Shown piece by piece: positions 18,585 through 29,867 of a stretch of 64,000 nt of DNA. The position numbers and the translations under genes were made by a program. The notes under the pieces were generated by a model. The model was not told where the DNA came from and did not search any database. It worked only from the letters and a program-made list of their open reading frames with translations. Each line of letters starts with the position of its first letter. Position 1 is the stretch's first letter. The stretch comes from Gammaproteobacteria bacterium (GTDB lineage Bacteria > Pseudomonadota > Gammaproteobacteria > Eutrophobiales > Eutrophobiaceae), in the NCBI GenBank assembly GCA_021773235.1, contig JAJFKL010000022.1, forward strand, positions 389-64,388, in the 5' to 3' direction.

Positions 18585-19889
18585 TTATTTTTTTGCTGCC
18601 TTATCTTGCTCTCTCAACATTGCCAATTTTTCAGAAATTTTGATTTCTAATCCACGATTAACCGGATGATAATACGTTTTCCCTTCCATATCCTCAGGAA
18701 AATAATCTTCCCCTGCAGCATACGCATCTGTTTCATTATGCGCATAACGATAGTCTTTACCATAATCAAGCGACTTCATTAATTTCGTCGGTGCATTGCG
18801 TAAGTGTAACGGGACTTCTTTTGAGCCTGACTGCTTGGCATCTTGCATAGCGGTATTAAATGCTGAATAAACGGCATTACTCTGTGCCGCGCAGGCAAGA
18901 TAAATAATGGCCTGTGCTATTGCCAATTCGCCTTCCGGCGAGCCGAGGCGCTCTTGCGTTTCCCACGCATCTAAAGCCAGTCGTAAGCCTCTGGGATCGG
19001 CATTACCGATATCTTCTGTCGCCATTCTAACCACTCGTCGTGCAACGTAAAAGGGATCACAGCCGCCATCAATCATTCTAACAAACCAATATAATGCAGC
19101 ATCAGGATTGGAACCACGTACTGATTTATGCAAAGCAGAGATTTGGTCATAAAAGGCTTCACCACCTTTATCAAAACGACGTAAGGAACCATCGACCAAC
19201 ACTTCATTTAATAAGGACTCAGTGATCATCCCCTCTTCTGCCAAGTCGGAGGCAATTTCAAGAAGGTTTAGTGCTCTTCTGGCGTCACCATCTGCTACTT
19301 CTGACAGCTTGCTAATAGCAGCTTCATCAAGCGTCAAGTTCAATTCACCTAGTCCTATTTCACTATCCTCTAATGCTGACTGCAAAATATTTTTAATACT
19401 ATCTGTTGCCAGTGACTTTAGGACATACACTCGGACGCGTGATAATAATGCGTTGTTTAATTCAAATGAAGGGTTCTCAGTCGTCGCGCCTATGAAGGTA
19501 ACAGTGCCATCTTCAACATAAGGTAAAAAAGCATCTTGCTGTGATTTATTAAATCGATGTACTTCATCAACAAAGAGTACGGTTTCCTTATCATAAACTT
19601 CTCTATATTGTTTTGCTTGTTCAATAGCAGCACGAATATCTTTTACGCCACTCAAAACAGCAGAGACAGATAGGAATTGAGCGTCACAAGATTTAGTGAT
19701 TAATCTGGCAAGTGTTGTTTTGCCTGTGCCAGGAGGCCCCCAAAACACCATAGAATGTAATCGACCTTGTTCTATGGCTAATCGCAACGGCTTGTTGTCA
19801 CCTAAGATGTGGTCTTGGCCAATATAGGAGTCGATCGTTGCAGGACGCATACGATCAGCAAGAGGTCGATAATCAGTGTCGTTCTTCAT
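18585..19889 (-). CDS. rarA: Replication-associated recombination protein A (AAA+ ATPase)
   Basis: 434 aa. Walker A GPPGTGKTTLA, Walker B LFVDEVHRFNK and an MgsA C-terminal domain (ISALHKSVRGSNPDAALYW). Confidence 0.95.
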   Translation of the reverse strand: MKNDTDYRPLADRMRPATIDSYIGQDHILGDNKPLRLAIEQGRLHSMVFWGPPGTGKTTLARLITKSCDAQFLSVSAVLSGVKDIRAAIEQAKQYREVYDKETVLFVDEVHRFNKSQQDAFLPYVEDGTVTFIGATTENPSFELNNALLSRVRVYVLKSLATDSIKNILQSALEDSEIGLGELNLTLDEAAISKLSEVADGDARRALNLLEIASDLAEEGMITESLLNEVLVDGSLRRFDKGGEAFYDQISALHKSVRGSNPDAALYWFVRMIDGGCDPFYVARRVVRMATEDIGNADPRGLRLALDAWETQERLGSPEGELAIAQAIIYLACAAQSNAVYSAFNTAMQDAKQSGSKEVPLHLRNAPTKLMKSLDYGKDYRYAHNETDAYAAGEDYFPEDMEGKTYYHPVNRGLEIKISEKLAMLREQDKAAKK

Positions 19890-19956
19890 GACCTAATGGA
19901 AATCTTTTATACAGGTAAGTTAAGTTGTGCTTATATTAAAGCACGAAGTATATCAT

Positions 19957-21150
19957 CTAAACCACGAGCTGTGGCTTCGGGTTTTTCTCTAGCGCATCCA
20001 TAGATCTGATGATATTTCTACCGTCATTTTTTGCTTTATATAAGGCTTTATCACTAGTATAGATAAGATCCATATAATTATCGTTCATGCCCGGCAAGGC
20101 AGAAGCAAGACCGATACTGATCGTCACATATTTGCTGACAGAAGAACCTGGATTAGATATTTTTAACTCACGCACGCCTGTATGTATACTTTCTGCACAT
20201 CGACGCGAACCATCCAAATTAGTGTCAGGCATGATGATACAAAACTCTTCACCTCCGTAACGCGCCACAAAATCTCCAGAACGATTCAAATTGTGTTTTA
20301 GAAAATCAGCGATGTAAACCAGACACTCATCTCCTTTTACGTGCCCAAATTCATCGTTATATTGTTTAAAACAATCAATATCTATCATCATCATCGATAT
20401 AGGCGTGCGCAACCGTTTCGCACGCAGCCATTCTCTTTCCAGGCTTTCATCTAGACTTTTACGATTTGCAATCTGGGTTAATTCGTCAATAACCGCTAGG
20501 TCAGATAACCGTGAATTTATACCTTGTAGAGTGGTCAGTAATTGTTCATTTTCAAACTTGATTCGTATAGCATCTTCCAAGACGTTGTGATTCCATACAT
20601 ATAGCTTTCTAACAATCAATAAAAAAGCTACGCCAGTGATTCCCATATAAAAATATTCAACTTTACCTTCTGCAAAGATTCTGGAGATTACTGGTATTGC
20701 CATAGAAAAAAAATAGAAATTAAATGAATATTTATCCGACACAAAAGAGACAAGACCTGCAGGTATCAACATGACGATAAGCGTCATTAAGTACAGTTGA
20801 TTCAAGTCGGGTAGTTGATTAAAGAAAAAGATAAAACCTAAACCATATATTAGACCTAACAACCCTGCACAAAGTGCATAGCGTTTATGTATTATTTTAA
20901 AATTGATTGGCTGATGAAGGGTTTTTTTAATTTTATATATATCGAATAAACGATAAACATTTAACCCTAACAACATAAAAACCCATGTATATGCATAAAA
21001 TGGATTAACATGTTTATGAATAATCAATAAGACTACTGCTGCAGAAAGGACATGTAATGCGGGGCGATAAACAGAACCTGTATACAACAAGCTAACTTGC
21101 TCGTTATAAACCCGTTGTTCAATTTCATCTGGATTTTCTTTTTCGGTCAT
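19957..21150 (-). CDS. Membrane-bound diguanylate cyclase (GGDEF domain)
   Basis: 397 aa with multiple N-terminal TM helices. RSGDFVARYGGEEF carries an RxxD I-site 5 residues upstream of GGEEF. Confidence 0.9.
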   Translation of the reverse strand: MTEKENPDEIEQRVYNEQVSLLYTGSVYRPALHVLSAAVVLLIIHKHVNPFYAYTWVFMLLGLNVYRLFDIYKIKKTLHQPINFKIIHKRYALCAGLLGLIYGLGFIFFFNQLPDLNQLYLMTLIVMLIPAGLVSFVSDKYSFNFYFFSMAIPVISRIFAEGKVEYFYMGITGVAFLLIVRKLYVWNHNVLEDAIRIKFENEQLLTTLQGINSRLSDLAVIDELTQIANRKSLDESLEREWLRAKRLRTPISMMMIDIDCFKQYNDEFGHVKGDECLVYIADFLKHNLNRSGDFVARYGGEEFCIIMPDTNLDGSRRCAESIHTGVRELKISNPGSSVSKYVTISIGLASALPGMNDNYMDLIYTSDKALYKAKNDGRNIIRSMDALEKNPKPQLVV

Positions 21151-21241
21151 ATCAATAATTAAATATCTATAATCAATACTTTATAAAACACCTCCATGTA
21201 CATGTTTTCCTAAACATTTAAGTATAGTAGAAAATTTTGGA

Positions 21242-21886
21242 TTAATTGCTCTCAATTAGCCTTTCGTCAATTACATCGACATCAGCTGGCACTTCGAAGT
21301 TAAACAGTTTATCAGCTATATTTGTATTTTTATTGACATCATTGAAATCAATACGTGTAGTCTGGCCTAGGTTATCAGCAATGATCATCATGCCTAGTCG
21401 TTTGGCATCAAAACCAATACGTATATTTTTATACTGTGCATCCAAGTCTCGAGGTGTTAGTTCTACCCAATTAAAACCTTCAATATTACCTAGATCTACC
21501 TGAATAAAATGTTGTTCCAATCTTGAATTACCTAGAATAATTGCCGCAGGCGTTCTTTCAATCATGTCGCTTTCAAATTTTCTAATAGTAAGCTGTTCCA
21601 GATCTTCATCATAAATCCACAGCACTTCGCCATTGGTGATTATTTTTTGAACATAGGGTTCTTTATAGTGCCAATTAAACTTTCCGGGTTGCTGTAAATA
21701 CAAAGTCCCTGTCGTTTTTTCAAGTTGTTCTCCATCCTCACTTAATAATGTTTGGGTAAAGTCCGCTTGCAGGGTTTCAAATTCCTTAAGAAATACTTTT
21801 AAAGGATCAACACGTTCAGCAGCAGATACCAACGCACTACTTGAAAGGCAAATAATAACAACGAAAAGAATTTTTAAATTATTCAT
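21242..21886 (-). CDS. lolA: Outer-membrane lipoprotein carrier protein LolA
   Basis: 214 aa with a signal peptide. L..F..L.ADFTQ and the conserved position downstream of ftsK. Confidence 0.9.
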   Translation of the reverse strand: MNNLKILFVVIICLSSSALVSAAERVDPLKVFLKEFETLQADFTQTLLSEDGEQLEKTTGTLYLQQPGKFNWHYKEPYVQKIITNGEVLWIYDEDLEQLTIRKFESDMIERTPAAIILGNSRLEQHFIQVDLGNIEGFNWVELTPRDLDAQYKNIRIGFDAKRLGMMIIADNLGQTTRIDFNDVNKNTNIADKLFNFEVPADVDVIDERLIESN

Positions 21887-21896
21887 ATTTTAACAC

Positions 21897-24203
21897 TTAA
21901 TCAATTGGTGGCGGTGGAGCAGCTAATATTTCTCGACTACCGTTCGATTCCAATGGCCCAACGAGTCCACTGTTTTCCATTTCTTCGACAATCCTTGCAG
22001 CACGGTTATATCCAACTTTCAATCGTCTCTGTATATACGAAATTGAAGCCTTACGTGTCTCTGTAACAATACGAACCGCTTCATCATACAAAGGATCCAT
22101 GTCGTCTCTTGGTGCATCAAGCCCGGGTATAGCATCCGCGCCACCTTCTGAAGGGCCACGCAAAACTTCATCAATATATTCAGGTTCGCCTCTAGACTTA
22201 AGATCATCGACAACTTTATGAACCTCTTCATCTGAGACAAACGCACCATGAACTCGTTCAGGTAAACTTGTGCCGGGAGGTAAATACAACATATCACCAT
22301 GCCCTAATAATTGTTCGGCACCCATTTGATCCAGGATGGTTCTCGAATCGATCTTTGAAGAAACCTGAAACGCTATGCGGGTTGGTACATTTGCTTTAAT
22401 CAAACCAGTGATTACATCTACTGAAGGTCGCTGTGTGGCTAAGATTAAATGTACACCAGCCGCCCTGGCCTTCTGCGCGAGTCTAGCAATGAGTTCTTCT
22501 ACCTTCTTGCCCACCGTCATCATCATGTCGGCTAATTCGTCAATGATGACGATAATGAAAGGTAGTTTTTCTAAGTAGCGTATTTCATCATCTTCACTGA
22601 TCGGTTTATAAGTTGGATCAGGAATAGGATTACCACTAGCAATCGCATCAGTGACTTTTTTGTTATAACCAGTGATGTTTCTAACGCCAAGCGCTGACAT
22701 CAGTTTGTAACGTCGTTCCATTTCAGCAACACACCAACGCAATGCATTCGCCGCTTCTTTCATATCTGTCACTACCGGCGCAAGAAGATTTGGTATGCCC
22801 TCATAGACTGACAATTCAAGCATCTTGGGATCAATCATTATCAAACGTACTTCTAAAGCAGTCGCCTTATATAACAAACTCAAGATCATGGCATTCAAGG
22901 CCACTGACTTTCCTGATCCTGTTGTACCAGCCACTAATAGATGCGGCATCTTACCCAAGTCCGTTACGATTGGTTTACCACTGATATCTTTACCAAGCGC
23001 CAGTACCATCGGTGATTTAACCGACTCATATTCCTTTGTATTTAAAATCTCACCTAAGGTTACAAGCTCACGATTCTCATTTGGAATCTCCAGTCCGATA
23101 TAGGGCTTTCCGGGTATTACATCGACAACTCGAACACTGATAACAGCTAATGATCGTGCCAAATCTTTAGAGAGATTTATTATCTGACTTCCTTTTACGC
23201 CAGGCGCAGGGTCTAATTCAAAACGAGTTATGACCGGACCAGGATGTACAGCAACAACCTCAACAGTCACACCAAAATCTTTTAATTTCAATTCTACTTG
23301 TCTTGAAATTGCTTCTAATGCTTCTTTTGAATACTGGGTTTTCTTAGGTGGCGGTTCATCAAGCAAACTTAACGGTGGTAATGCCGTTTCAGCGGGTGGT
23401 TCAAACAAATTTTCTTGTTTTTCCTTAACTGCACGGATACCAGGTTCAATCTCATTTCTGACAGGCTCGATCTTTGGTGGAATTCGTTGTTCAACGATCT
23501 CTTGTTCCTGCTTAAAGATATGCTCTCGATCCTTTTTAACTCGTCGTCCTTCTGCTTCATCCTTAAATGAAGCCAATCTTGTTCGTATTGCTGCTATCGA
23601 ATTTAAGGTATAGCGTCCCGTTGAATCCATAACTAGAACCCAGGACAATCCTGTATACAAGGTTAACCCCATCATCAACATAGCCAACATCAACAAAGTA
23701 CTGCCGATCTCGCCAGTAGCATTTAGCAAAACTGAACCAATCGCATCGCCTAAGATACCGCCGGCACCTCTGACTTCGTAAGGAAGCGCATCTCCAGCAT
23801 GAAAATGCATCCAGGCAATTCCGCAGCCACCTATTAGACCAAAGACTATTCCTATAGAGCGAATAGAGAGTAATAACTGATTTATTGGTTCTTTTTTACG
23901 TCTAGATTGAAATAAGCGCCAACCACTAGTCAATATCATTACCGGAAACAGATAGCCAAAATAGCCGAAGACATAAAGCATAATATCCGCTATCCAGGCG
24001 CCGACAGCCCCCGCACTATTATGAACTTCATGTGCCGTTACCGAATGCGACCAACCCGGATCGTCCGGATGATAGGTGAATAACGCAAGAAATAGAAAAA
24101 TCGCAATGATTAAAGAAGCAAAGACCAAGACTTCTCTGACATTGGTAATGACATGGTCAGCGATAGGTTTGCTTTCTTTTTGTTTACGTGATGCCTGTGA
24201 CAC
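21897..24203 (-). CDS. ftsK: DNA translocase FtsK
   Basis: 768 aa. N-terminal TM domain, Pro-rich linker, motor domain (Walker [10 protein letters not shown]; [11 protein letters not shown]) and a gamma domain ([23 protein letters not shown]). Confidence 0.95.
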   Translation of the reverse strand: MSQASRKQKESKPIADHVITNVREVLVFASLIIAIFLFLALFTYHPDDPGWSHSVTAHEVHNSAGAVGAWIADIMLYVFGYFGYLFPVMILTSGWRLFQSRRKKEPINQLLLSIRSIGIVFGLIGGCGIAWMHFHAGDALPYEVRGAGGILGDAIGSVLLNATGEIGSTLLMLAMLMMGLTLYTGLSWVLVMDSTGRYTLNSIAAIRTRLASFKDEAEGRRVKKDREHIFKQEQEIVEQRIPPKIEPVRNEIEPGIRAVKEKQENLFEPPAETALPPLSLLDEPPPKKTQYSKEALEAISRQVELKLKDFGVTVEVVAVHPGPVITRFELDPAPGVKGSQIINLSKDLARSLAVISVRVVDVIPGKPYIGLEIPNENRELVTLGEILNTKEYESVKSPMVLALGKDISGKPIVTDLGKMPHLLVAGTTGSGKSVALNAMILSLLYKATALEVRLIMIDPKMLELSVYEGIPNLLAPVVTDMKEAANALRWCVAEMERRYKLMSALGVRNITGYNKKVTDAIASGNPIPDPTYKPISEDDEIRYLEKLPFIIVIIDELADMMMTVGKKVEELIARLAQKARAAGVHLILATQRPSVDVITGLIKANVPTRIAFQVSSKIDSRTILDQMGAEQLLGHGDMLYLPPGTSLPERVHGAFVSDEEVHKVVDDLKSRGEPEYIDEVLRGPSEGGADAIPGLDAPRDDMDPLYDEAVRIVTETRKASISYIQRRLKVGYNRAARIVEEMENSGLVGPLESNGSREILAAPPPPID

Positions 24204-24358
24204 ATTAATCCTTTTTACTAGATAATATCTGTAATTATATGTTTATAAAGGAACTATTTAAACTATAAAATTGGGATAAATTGACTTTTCTGCTGTCTGA
24301 TTATTTTTGCTGATCCTACTTCTTTAACGTACCATAGCGCACTTTTAAACAGCACTAA

Positions 24359-25333
<975 letters not shown>

Positions 25334-25450
25334 TTAATACGTTGTTATAGGAAGCTCTGATAACATCAGAGCCTCCTGAACTATTTTAGCTTGTGATGGA
25401 ACGGCTAATATTTAACAATGTCTATTCAGTATTTATGGATGGACTATGTA

Positions 25451-26005
25451 ATGAATACTCCCTTTGCATCATTTGTTTTTCTTTTTGCCCTAATAGCAAC
25501 AATCCCCTGTTTCGCTGATCAAACAAGCACAGAATTAGATGGTCTATTCAACGACTTAAAAGCCGCTCAAAACTCCAATGTCGCCCGGCCTATAGCGCAA
25601 CAAATATGGGCGCTATGGTTGGAATCAGAAGACCAGAAAATTGATGAGCTAATGGCTCAAGGCATGAATGAAGTTAGTAATGGTAATTTGTCTCGTGGGC
25701 GCGATATCTTTGCAGAAATTACCAAGCGTTCGCCAAAGTATGCAGAAGGTTGGAATAAACTTGCAACGGTTAATTATATGATGGGCGATATTGAGACTTC
25801 TTTAATAAACATAAAAGAAACACTCAAACTAGAACCACGCCACTTTGGATCAATTTCCGGACGTGGTTTATGCTATTTAAAACAACGTCGTTGGCAATCC
25901 GCCTTAATCGAATTTAAAGCCGCACTTGATGTCCATCCGTGGATGTTAGATGCAAGACGCAACTTGAAACTATTAGAAGAAAATATGGAGAACCACTCTA
26001 TTTAA
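25451..26005 (+). CDS. TPR-repeat protein with signal peptide
   Basis: Signal-like N-terminus MNTPFASFVFLFALIATIPCFA. TPR-like repeats (AEGWNKLATVNYMMGDIETSL...). The ORF track starts at 25418. Confidence 0.65.
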   Translation: MNTPFASFVFLFALIATIPCFADQTSTELDGLFNDLKAAQNSNVARPIAQQIWALWLESEDQKIDELMAQGMNEVSNGNLSRGRDIFAEITKRSPKYAEGWNKLATVNYMMGDIETSLINIKETLKLEPRHFGSISGRGLCYLKQRRWQSALIEFKAALDVHPWMLDARRNLKLLEENMENHSI

Positions 26006-26043
26006 TAGGATATCAACTTGCTAAACCACAACGCATTTTTCAT

Positions 26044-26895
26044 ATGAAATTAAAGTCGATTTTTCAGCGAGTGCTTAATTCTATAATCTTCATTATCATC
26101 ACTACTTGGGTTTTATTGGCGCTCTTAATTTATCTTTTTCAGCCTAAATTAATATTTTTTCCACACAGTGAAATTGAAGCAACACCTGCATTAATTTCTC
26201 TGCCATACGAAGACATTGCCTTAACAACAACCGATGGCGAAGTATTAAATGCCTGGTGGGTTCCACACCCAGAGTCAAGAGGAACGTTACTTTTTCTACA
26301 TGGCAATGCCGGGAATATTTCGCATAGACTCGATAGCATTAATATTTTTCACAAACTAAGATTATCAGTTTTTATTATCGATTACCGTGGTTATGGAAAG
26401 AGTACCGGCAAACCATCAGAACAAGGAACCTATACCGATGCAGAAACGGCCTTTAATTATTTGGTCAATGAAAACAATATTGAAAGCGAAAACATATTCA
26501 TCTTTGGCCGTTCACTAGGGGGCGCAGTAGCCACATGGCTAGCCGAAAAACATACACCAACAGGCTTAATTATAGAATCAAGTTTCACTTCAATCGCAGA
26601 CATAGGTAATCATTACTACCCTTATCTACCAACCAGTTTATTGGCTCGTATTAAATATTCCTCTATAGATAGGATAGCTAATATAAAATCCCCAACCCTG
26701 TTCATTCACAGTAAGCATGATGAAATCATCCCATACAAATATGGCAAACAATTATTTACTGAAGCTTTAATGGAAACGACAACAGCAAAATCATTTTTGG
26801 AAATTAACGGCGATCATAACGAAGGCTTCATAATCAGCGAAAAAAAATATAGCGATGGCATTGATCGTTTCATAGCTGATATTGTTAACAAATGA
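26044..26895 (+). CDS. Alpha/beta hydrolase (membrane-anchored serine hydrolase)
   Basis: The ATG at 26044 gives MKLKSIFQRVLN followed by a TM segment. LFLHGNAGN, nucleophile elbow GRSLGGAV and a C-terminal D/H (SKHDEIIP, GDHNE). Confidence 0.8.
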   Translation: MKLKSIFQRVLNSIIFIIITTWVLLALLIYLFQPKLIFFPHSEIEATPALISLPYEDIALTTTDGEVLNAWWVPHPESRGTLLFLHGNAGNISHRLDSINIFHKLRLSVFIIDYRGYGKSTGKPSEQGTYTDAETAFNYLVNENNIESENIFIFGRSLGGAVATWLAEKHTPTGLIIESSFTSIADIGNHYYPYLPTSLLARIKYSSIDRIANIKSPTLFIHSKHDEIIPYKYGKQLFTEALMETTTAKSFLEINGDHNEGFIISEKKYSDGIDRFIADIVNK

Positions 26896-28376
26896 AATTT
26901 CTAAGCATTATTGAAAAAACAGGCAACAAACTTCCCGACCCAGCTACTCTTTTTGTCGTCGGCACAATAACTGTTTTTATGCTTTCAACAATGATAGCCA
27001 ATTTTGGTTGGAGTGTTGTTGACCCTAAAGGCAATACAATCATCGCCTTTGATCTCGTGTCATCTGATGGTGTTTGGTGGTTGTTATCAACAATGGTAAA
27101 GAACTTCATTAGTTTTCCACCACTCGGCATCGTACTCGTAGGCATGTTAGGCATTGGCCTCGCGGAAAAAACCGGCTTTCTCCCAGCTCTGTTACATTTT
27201 TCAATAACACATGTTCATAAACGTTTATTAACACCGGCAACGATGTTCCTCGGCATCATCTCATCGATTGCCTTAGACGCAGGTTATGTTGTACTCATCC
27301 CAATAGCCGCAGCGCTTTACATCGCAGCAGGACGTTCACCATTAACAGGGATTGCGGTTTCATTTGCAGGTGTTTCTGCCGGCTTTAGTGCGAACCTATT
27401 TATAACAGCGCTGGATCCATTACTGGCGGGGTTTACACAAGCAGGCGCACAGATCATTGACGCAGATTATCAAGTTGCTGTCACCGGGAACTGGTGGTTC
27501 ATGATTGTTTCTACCATCATTCTGACATTCGTCGGCTGGTTTGTGACAGAGCGCTTCGTAGAACCCGCCATAGAAGGCGTTGCCGATCAAAATCTCGATG
27601 ATAATTACACTGATCTCAATAAAGCAGAAAGACGTGCCCTACTCTATTCAGTGCTGTCAGTATTTATATTATTAATTATCTTATTTTTTGCCATTACACT
27701 GACGAATGGACCGCTTTTTGGAGAAGGCAAACGTTTCGACCGCTGGATAGAAGCAACCGTCCCATTGTTATTTATCCTTTTCTTTGTCCCCGGTTTAATC
27801 TACGGCGCACTGGCAGGTACCATTAAGAGCGATCGTGATGTTGCCAACATGCTCGGCGAGGTCATGGCACGATTAGGACCCTATATCGTACTGGCATTCT
27901 TTGCCGCTCAATTTATTGCCGCGTTTAATCAATCAGGTCTTGGGCAAATGCTGGCTATCGCTGGCGGCCAATTTCTGCGAGAACTGATGGTAGAAGACGC
28001 ACTATTACTGAGCTGTTTTGTATTGATGGTCGTGATGATAAATCTTGTCATTGGCTCTTCTTCAGCGAAATACGCCTTCTTTGCCCCGGTATTTGTACCG
28101 ATGCTGATGCAGATAGGCATCAGTCCCGAACTCACTCAAGCCGCCTATCGTGTCGGAGACTCCGTTAGTAATGTCATCACGCCAATGAATCCCTATATGA
28201 TTATTATTATCATTGAGGTACGAAAATACGTACGCGGCTCCGGGCTCGGCACGGTAGTTGCGATGATGTTGCCCTATACCATCGCATTTTTAATTGTATG
28301 GCTAATTATGCTGGTTGCATGGGTCACTACTGGATTACCTCTAGGTCCCGGCGGCGGTCTATTCTATAAACTCTAG
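26892..28376 (+). CDS. AbgT-family transporter (p-aminobenzoyl-glutamate transporter family)
   Basis: 494 aa, polytopic. The N-terminus IEKTGNKLPDPATLF is typical of AbgT/MtrF. The start overlaps the hydrolase stop (ATGA). Confidence 0.85.
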   Translation: MKFLSIIEKTGNKLPDPATLFVVGTITVFMLSTMIANFGWSVVDPKGNTIIAFDLVSSDGVWWLLSTMVKNFISFPPLGIVLVGMLGIGLAEKTGFLPALLHFSITHVHKRLLTPATMFLGIISSIALDAGYVVLIPIAAALYIAAGRSPLTGIAVSFAGVSAGFSANLFITALDPLLAGFTQAGAQIIDADYQVAVTGNWWFMIVSTIILTFVGWFVTERFVEPAIEGVADQNLDDNYTDLNKAERRALLYSVLSVFILLIILFFAITLTNGPLFGEGKRFDRWIEATVPLLFILFFVPGLIYGALAGTIKSDRDVANMLGEVMARLGPYIVLAFFAAQFIAAFNQSGLGQMLAIAGGQFLRELMVEDALLLSCFVLMVVMINLVIGSSSAKYAFFAPVFVPMLMQIGISPELTQAAYRVGDSVSNVITPMNPYMIIIIIEVRKYVRGSGLGTVVAMMLPYTIAFLIVWLIMLVAWVTTGLPLGPGGGLFYKL

Positions 28377-28452
28377 TGAAAATCATGAATTATGCTATGA
28401 TGCGCCCGCTTTCGAATCAGGCGTCCACCTAAAATAGGCTTATATACCAGAA

Positions 28453-28794
28453 ATGTCAGAAAATAATATCTACAAAGTCATCTTTCATAATCAAGGCAAG
28501 ATCTATGAAGTCTATGCTAAAAGCGTACATCACGATGCCATGTTTGGCTTTATTGAGATTGAAGAATTTGTCTTTGGCGAAAAAACGACCGTTGTTGTCG
28601 ACCCGACTGAAGAAAACCTGAAAAATGAGTTTGAAGGCGTTGAAAGAAGCTTTGTCCCTATGCATTCGATCATTCGTATCGATGAAGTAAAAAAACAAGG
28701 CACTGCTAAGATTACCGAAGGCTCGTCAAAAGACGGAAACGTCATGCCGTTTCCTGTTTATACCCAAACCGGTGGTGATGGGGATTTAAAATAA
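28453..28794 (+). CDS. DUF1820-like small protein
   Basis: 113 aa. IYKVIFHNQGKIYEVYAKSV...MFGFIEIEEFVFGE recalled as a DUF1820 pattern. Confidence 0.6.
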   Translation: MSENNIYKVIFHNQGKIYEVYAKSVHHDAMFGFIEIEEFVFGEKTTVVVDPTEENLKNEFEGVERSFVPMHSIIRIDEVKKQGTAKITEGSSKDGNVMPFPVYTQTGGDGDLK

Positions 28795-28796
28795 CC

Positions 28797-29792
28797 CTAG
28801 CCTTTTCCCAGCATCGTAGAGACATGTGAGACAACGGCGTCTGATATCCCTTTCAAGTTGTAACCGCCTTCAAGCACAGAAATTAAACGCCCATTGGCAG
28901 AGTTATTCGCTATCTGCATCACTGTTTTAGTCATTGCTTTATAGGCAACATCGGTAATATCAAAACAACCGAGTAGATCATGTTCGCGGCTATCAAAACC
29001 GGCTGAAACCAAAACTAAATCAGGTTCAAATTTTTCTGCTGCTGGTAACAAGGTATTTTGGAACACGTCGATGATCATCTTGTCATTCGTGCCACAAGGT
29101 AAGGCGATGTTGATGTTATATCCTAAACCCGCCCCGCTACCTTTTTTTCTTGGATCTCCAGTACCTGGGTAGGCATAGAGGTCATGGGTTGAAAAATAGA
29201 GAACACTTGGGTCATCATAGAACATGGCCTCTGTCGCATTACCATGGTGATAATCCCAATCTACTATCAATATTTTCTTTAGTCCGTATTGCTTCTGTGC
29301 ATAGCGTGCGGCGATGGCGACATGATTGTAATAACAAAAGCCCTCCTCCTTGCCGGTATTCAAGGCATGGTGTCCGGGCGGACGTGTCGCGCAAAAGACA
29401 TTGTTTAGTTCATCTGTTGCTACTTTGTCGATAGCCGCGAGACAAGCACGGACACAGGCTTCGGCGACGCGATGGGCAGCAGGGGTGTTTTTCTTTATTG
29501 AGGCGATATGTTCATCTGTGTGTAAGGTTTTAATCCAGTCACCAACATCATCTTTCAAGCTTACCGTTGTAATTTGATCAAGTAATCCTGAATCCTGCAT
29601 CGCTTTTTGGATGTATTTCAATCTATCCGGCCTTTCAGGGTGATCTGGCGAAATATGATGGTCTAAAAACAACGGTTCACTGATATAACCGGTTTTATTG
29701 AGTGTTTTTGTCTCTTCAACCGCAAGCAGTCGCGTTTGATATGACAACAAAAATGTTGATAAAACACTCGAAATGAAAGTTCTGCGGTTCAT
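28797..29792 (-). CDS. Histone deacetylase-family amidohydrolase with Tat-type signal peptide
   Basis: 331 aa. N-terminal MNRRTFISSVLSTFLL. Catalytic motifs RPPGHHA, DWDYHHGNAT, SAGFDS and EGGYN. Confidence 0.85.
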   Translation of the reverse strand: MNRRTFISSVLSTFLLSYQTRLLAVEETKTLNKTGYISEPLFLDHHISPDHPERPDRLKYIQKAMQDSGLLDQITTVSLKDDVGDWIKTLHTDEHIASIKKNTPAAHRVAEACVRACLAAIDKVATDELNNVFCATRPPGHHALNTGKEEGFCYYNHVAIAARYAQKQYGLKKILIVDWDYHHGNATEAMFYDDPSVLYFSTHDLYAYPGTGDPRKKGSGAGLGYNINIALPCGTNDKMIIDVFQNTLLPAAEKFEPDLVLVSAGFDSREHDLLGCFDITDVAYKAMTKTVMQIANNSANGRLISVLEGGYNLKGISDAVVSHVSTMLGKG

Positions 29793-29867
29793 TTTTCCTA
29801 GAAAAATTGTTAATTTAGGCCATAGTCTGTATACAGTGCCTTAATATAAACGATTTTTTAGACTTAT

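Noticed and set aside
22375-23613. Several 67-127 aa ORFs on the plus strand, and an alternative minus-strand frame, inside ftsK.
   Set aside because: They are fully embedded in a well-supported 768 aa FtsK frame. Their Ser/Thr/Pro-rich translations are typical of antisense frames.
25345-25380. Possible terminator hairpin after trxB (AGGAAGCTCTGA-TAACA-TCAGAGCCTCCT).
   Set aside because: The stem has a mismatch and is not followed by a T-tract, so I did not call it as a feature.
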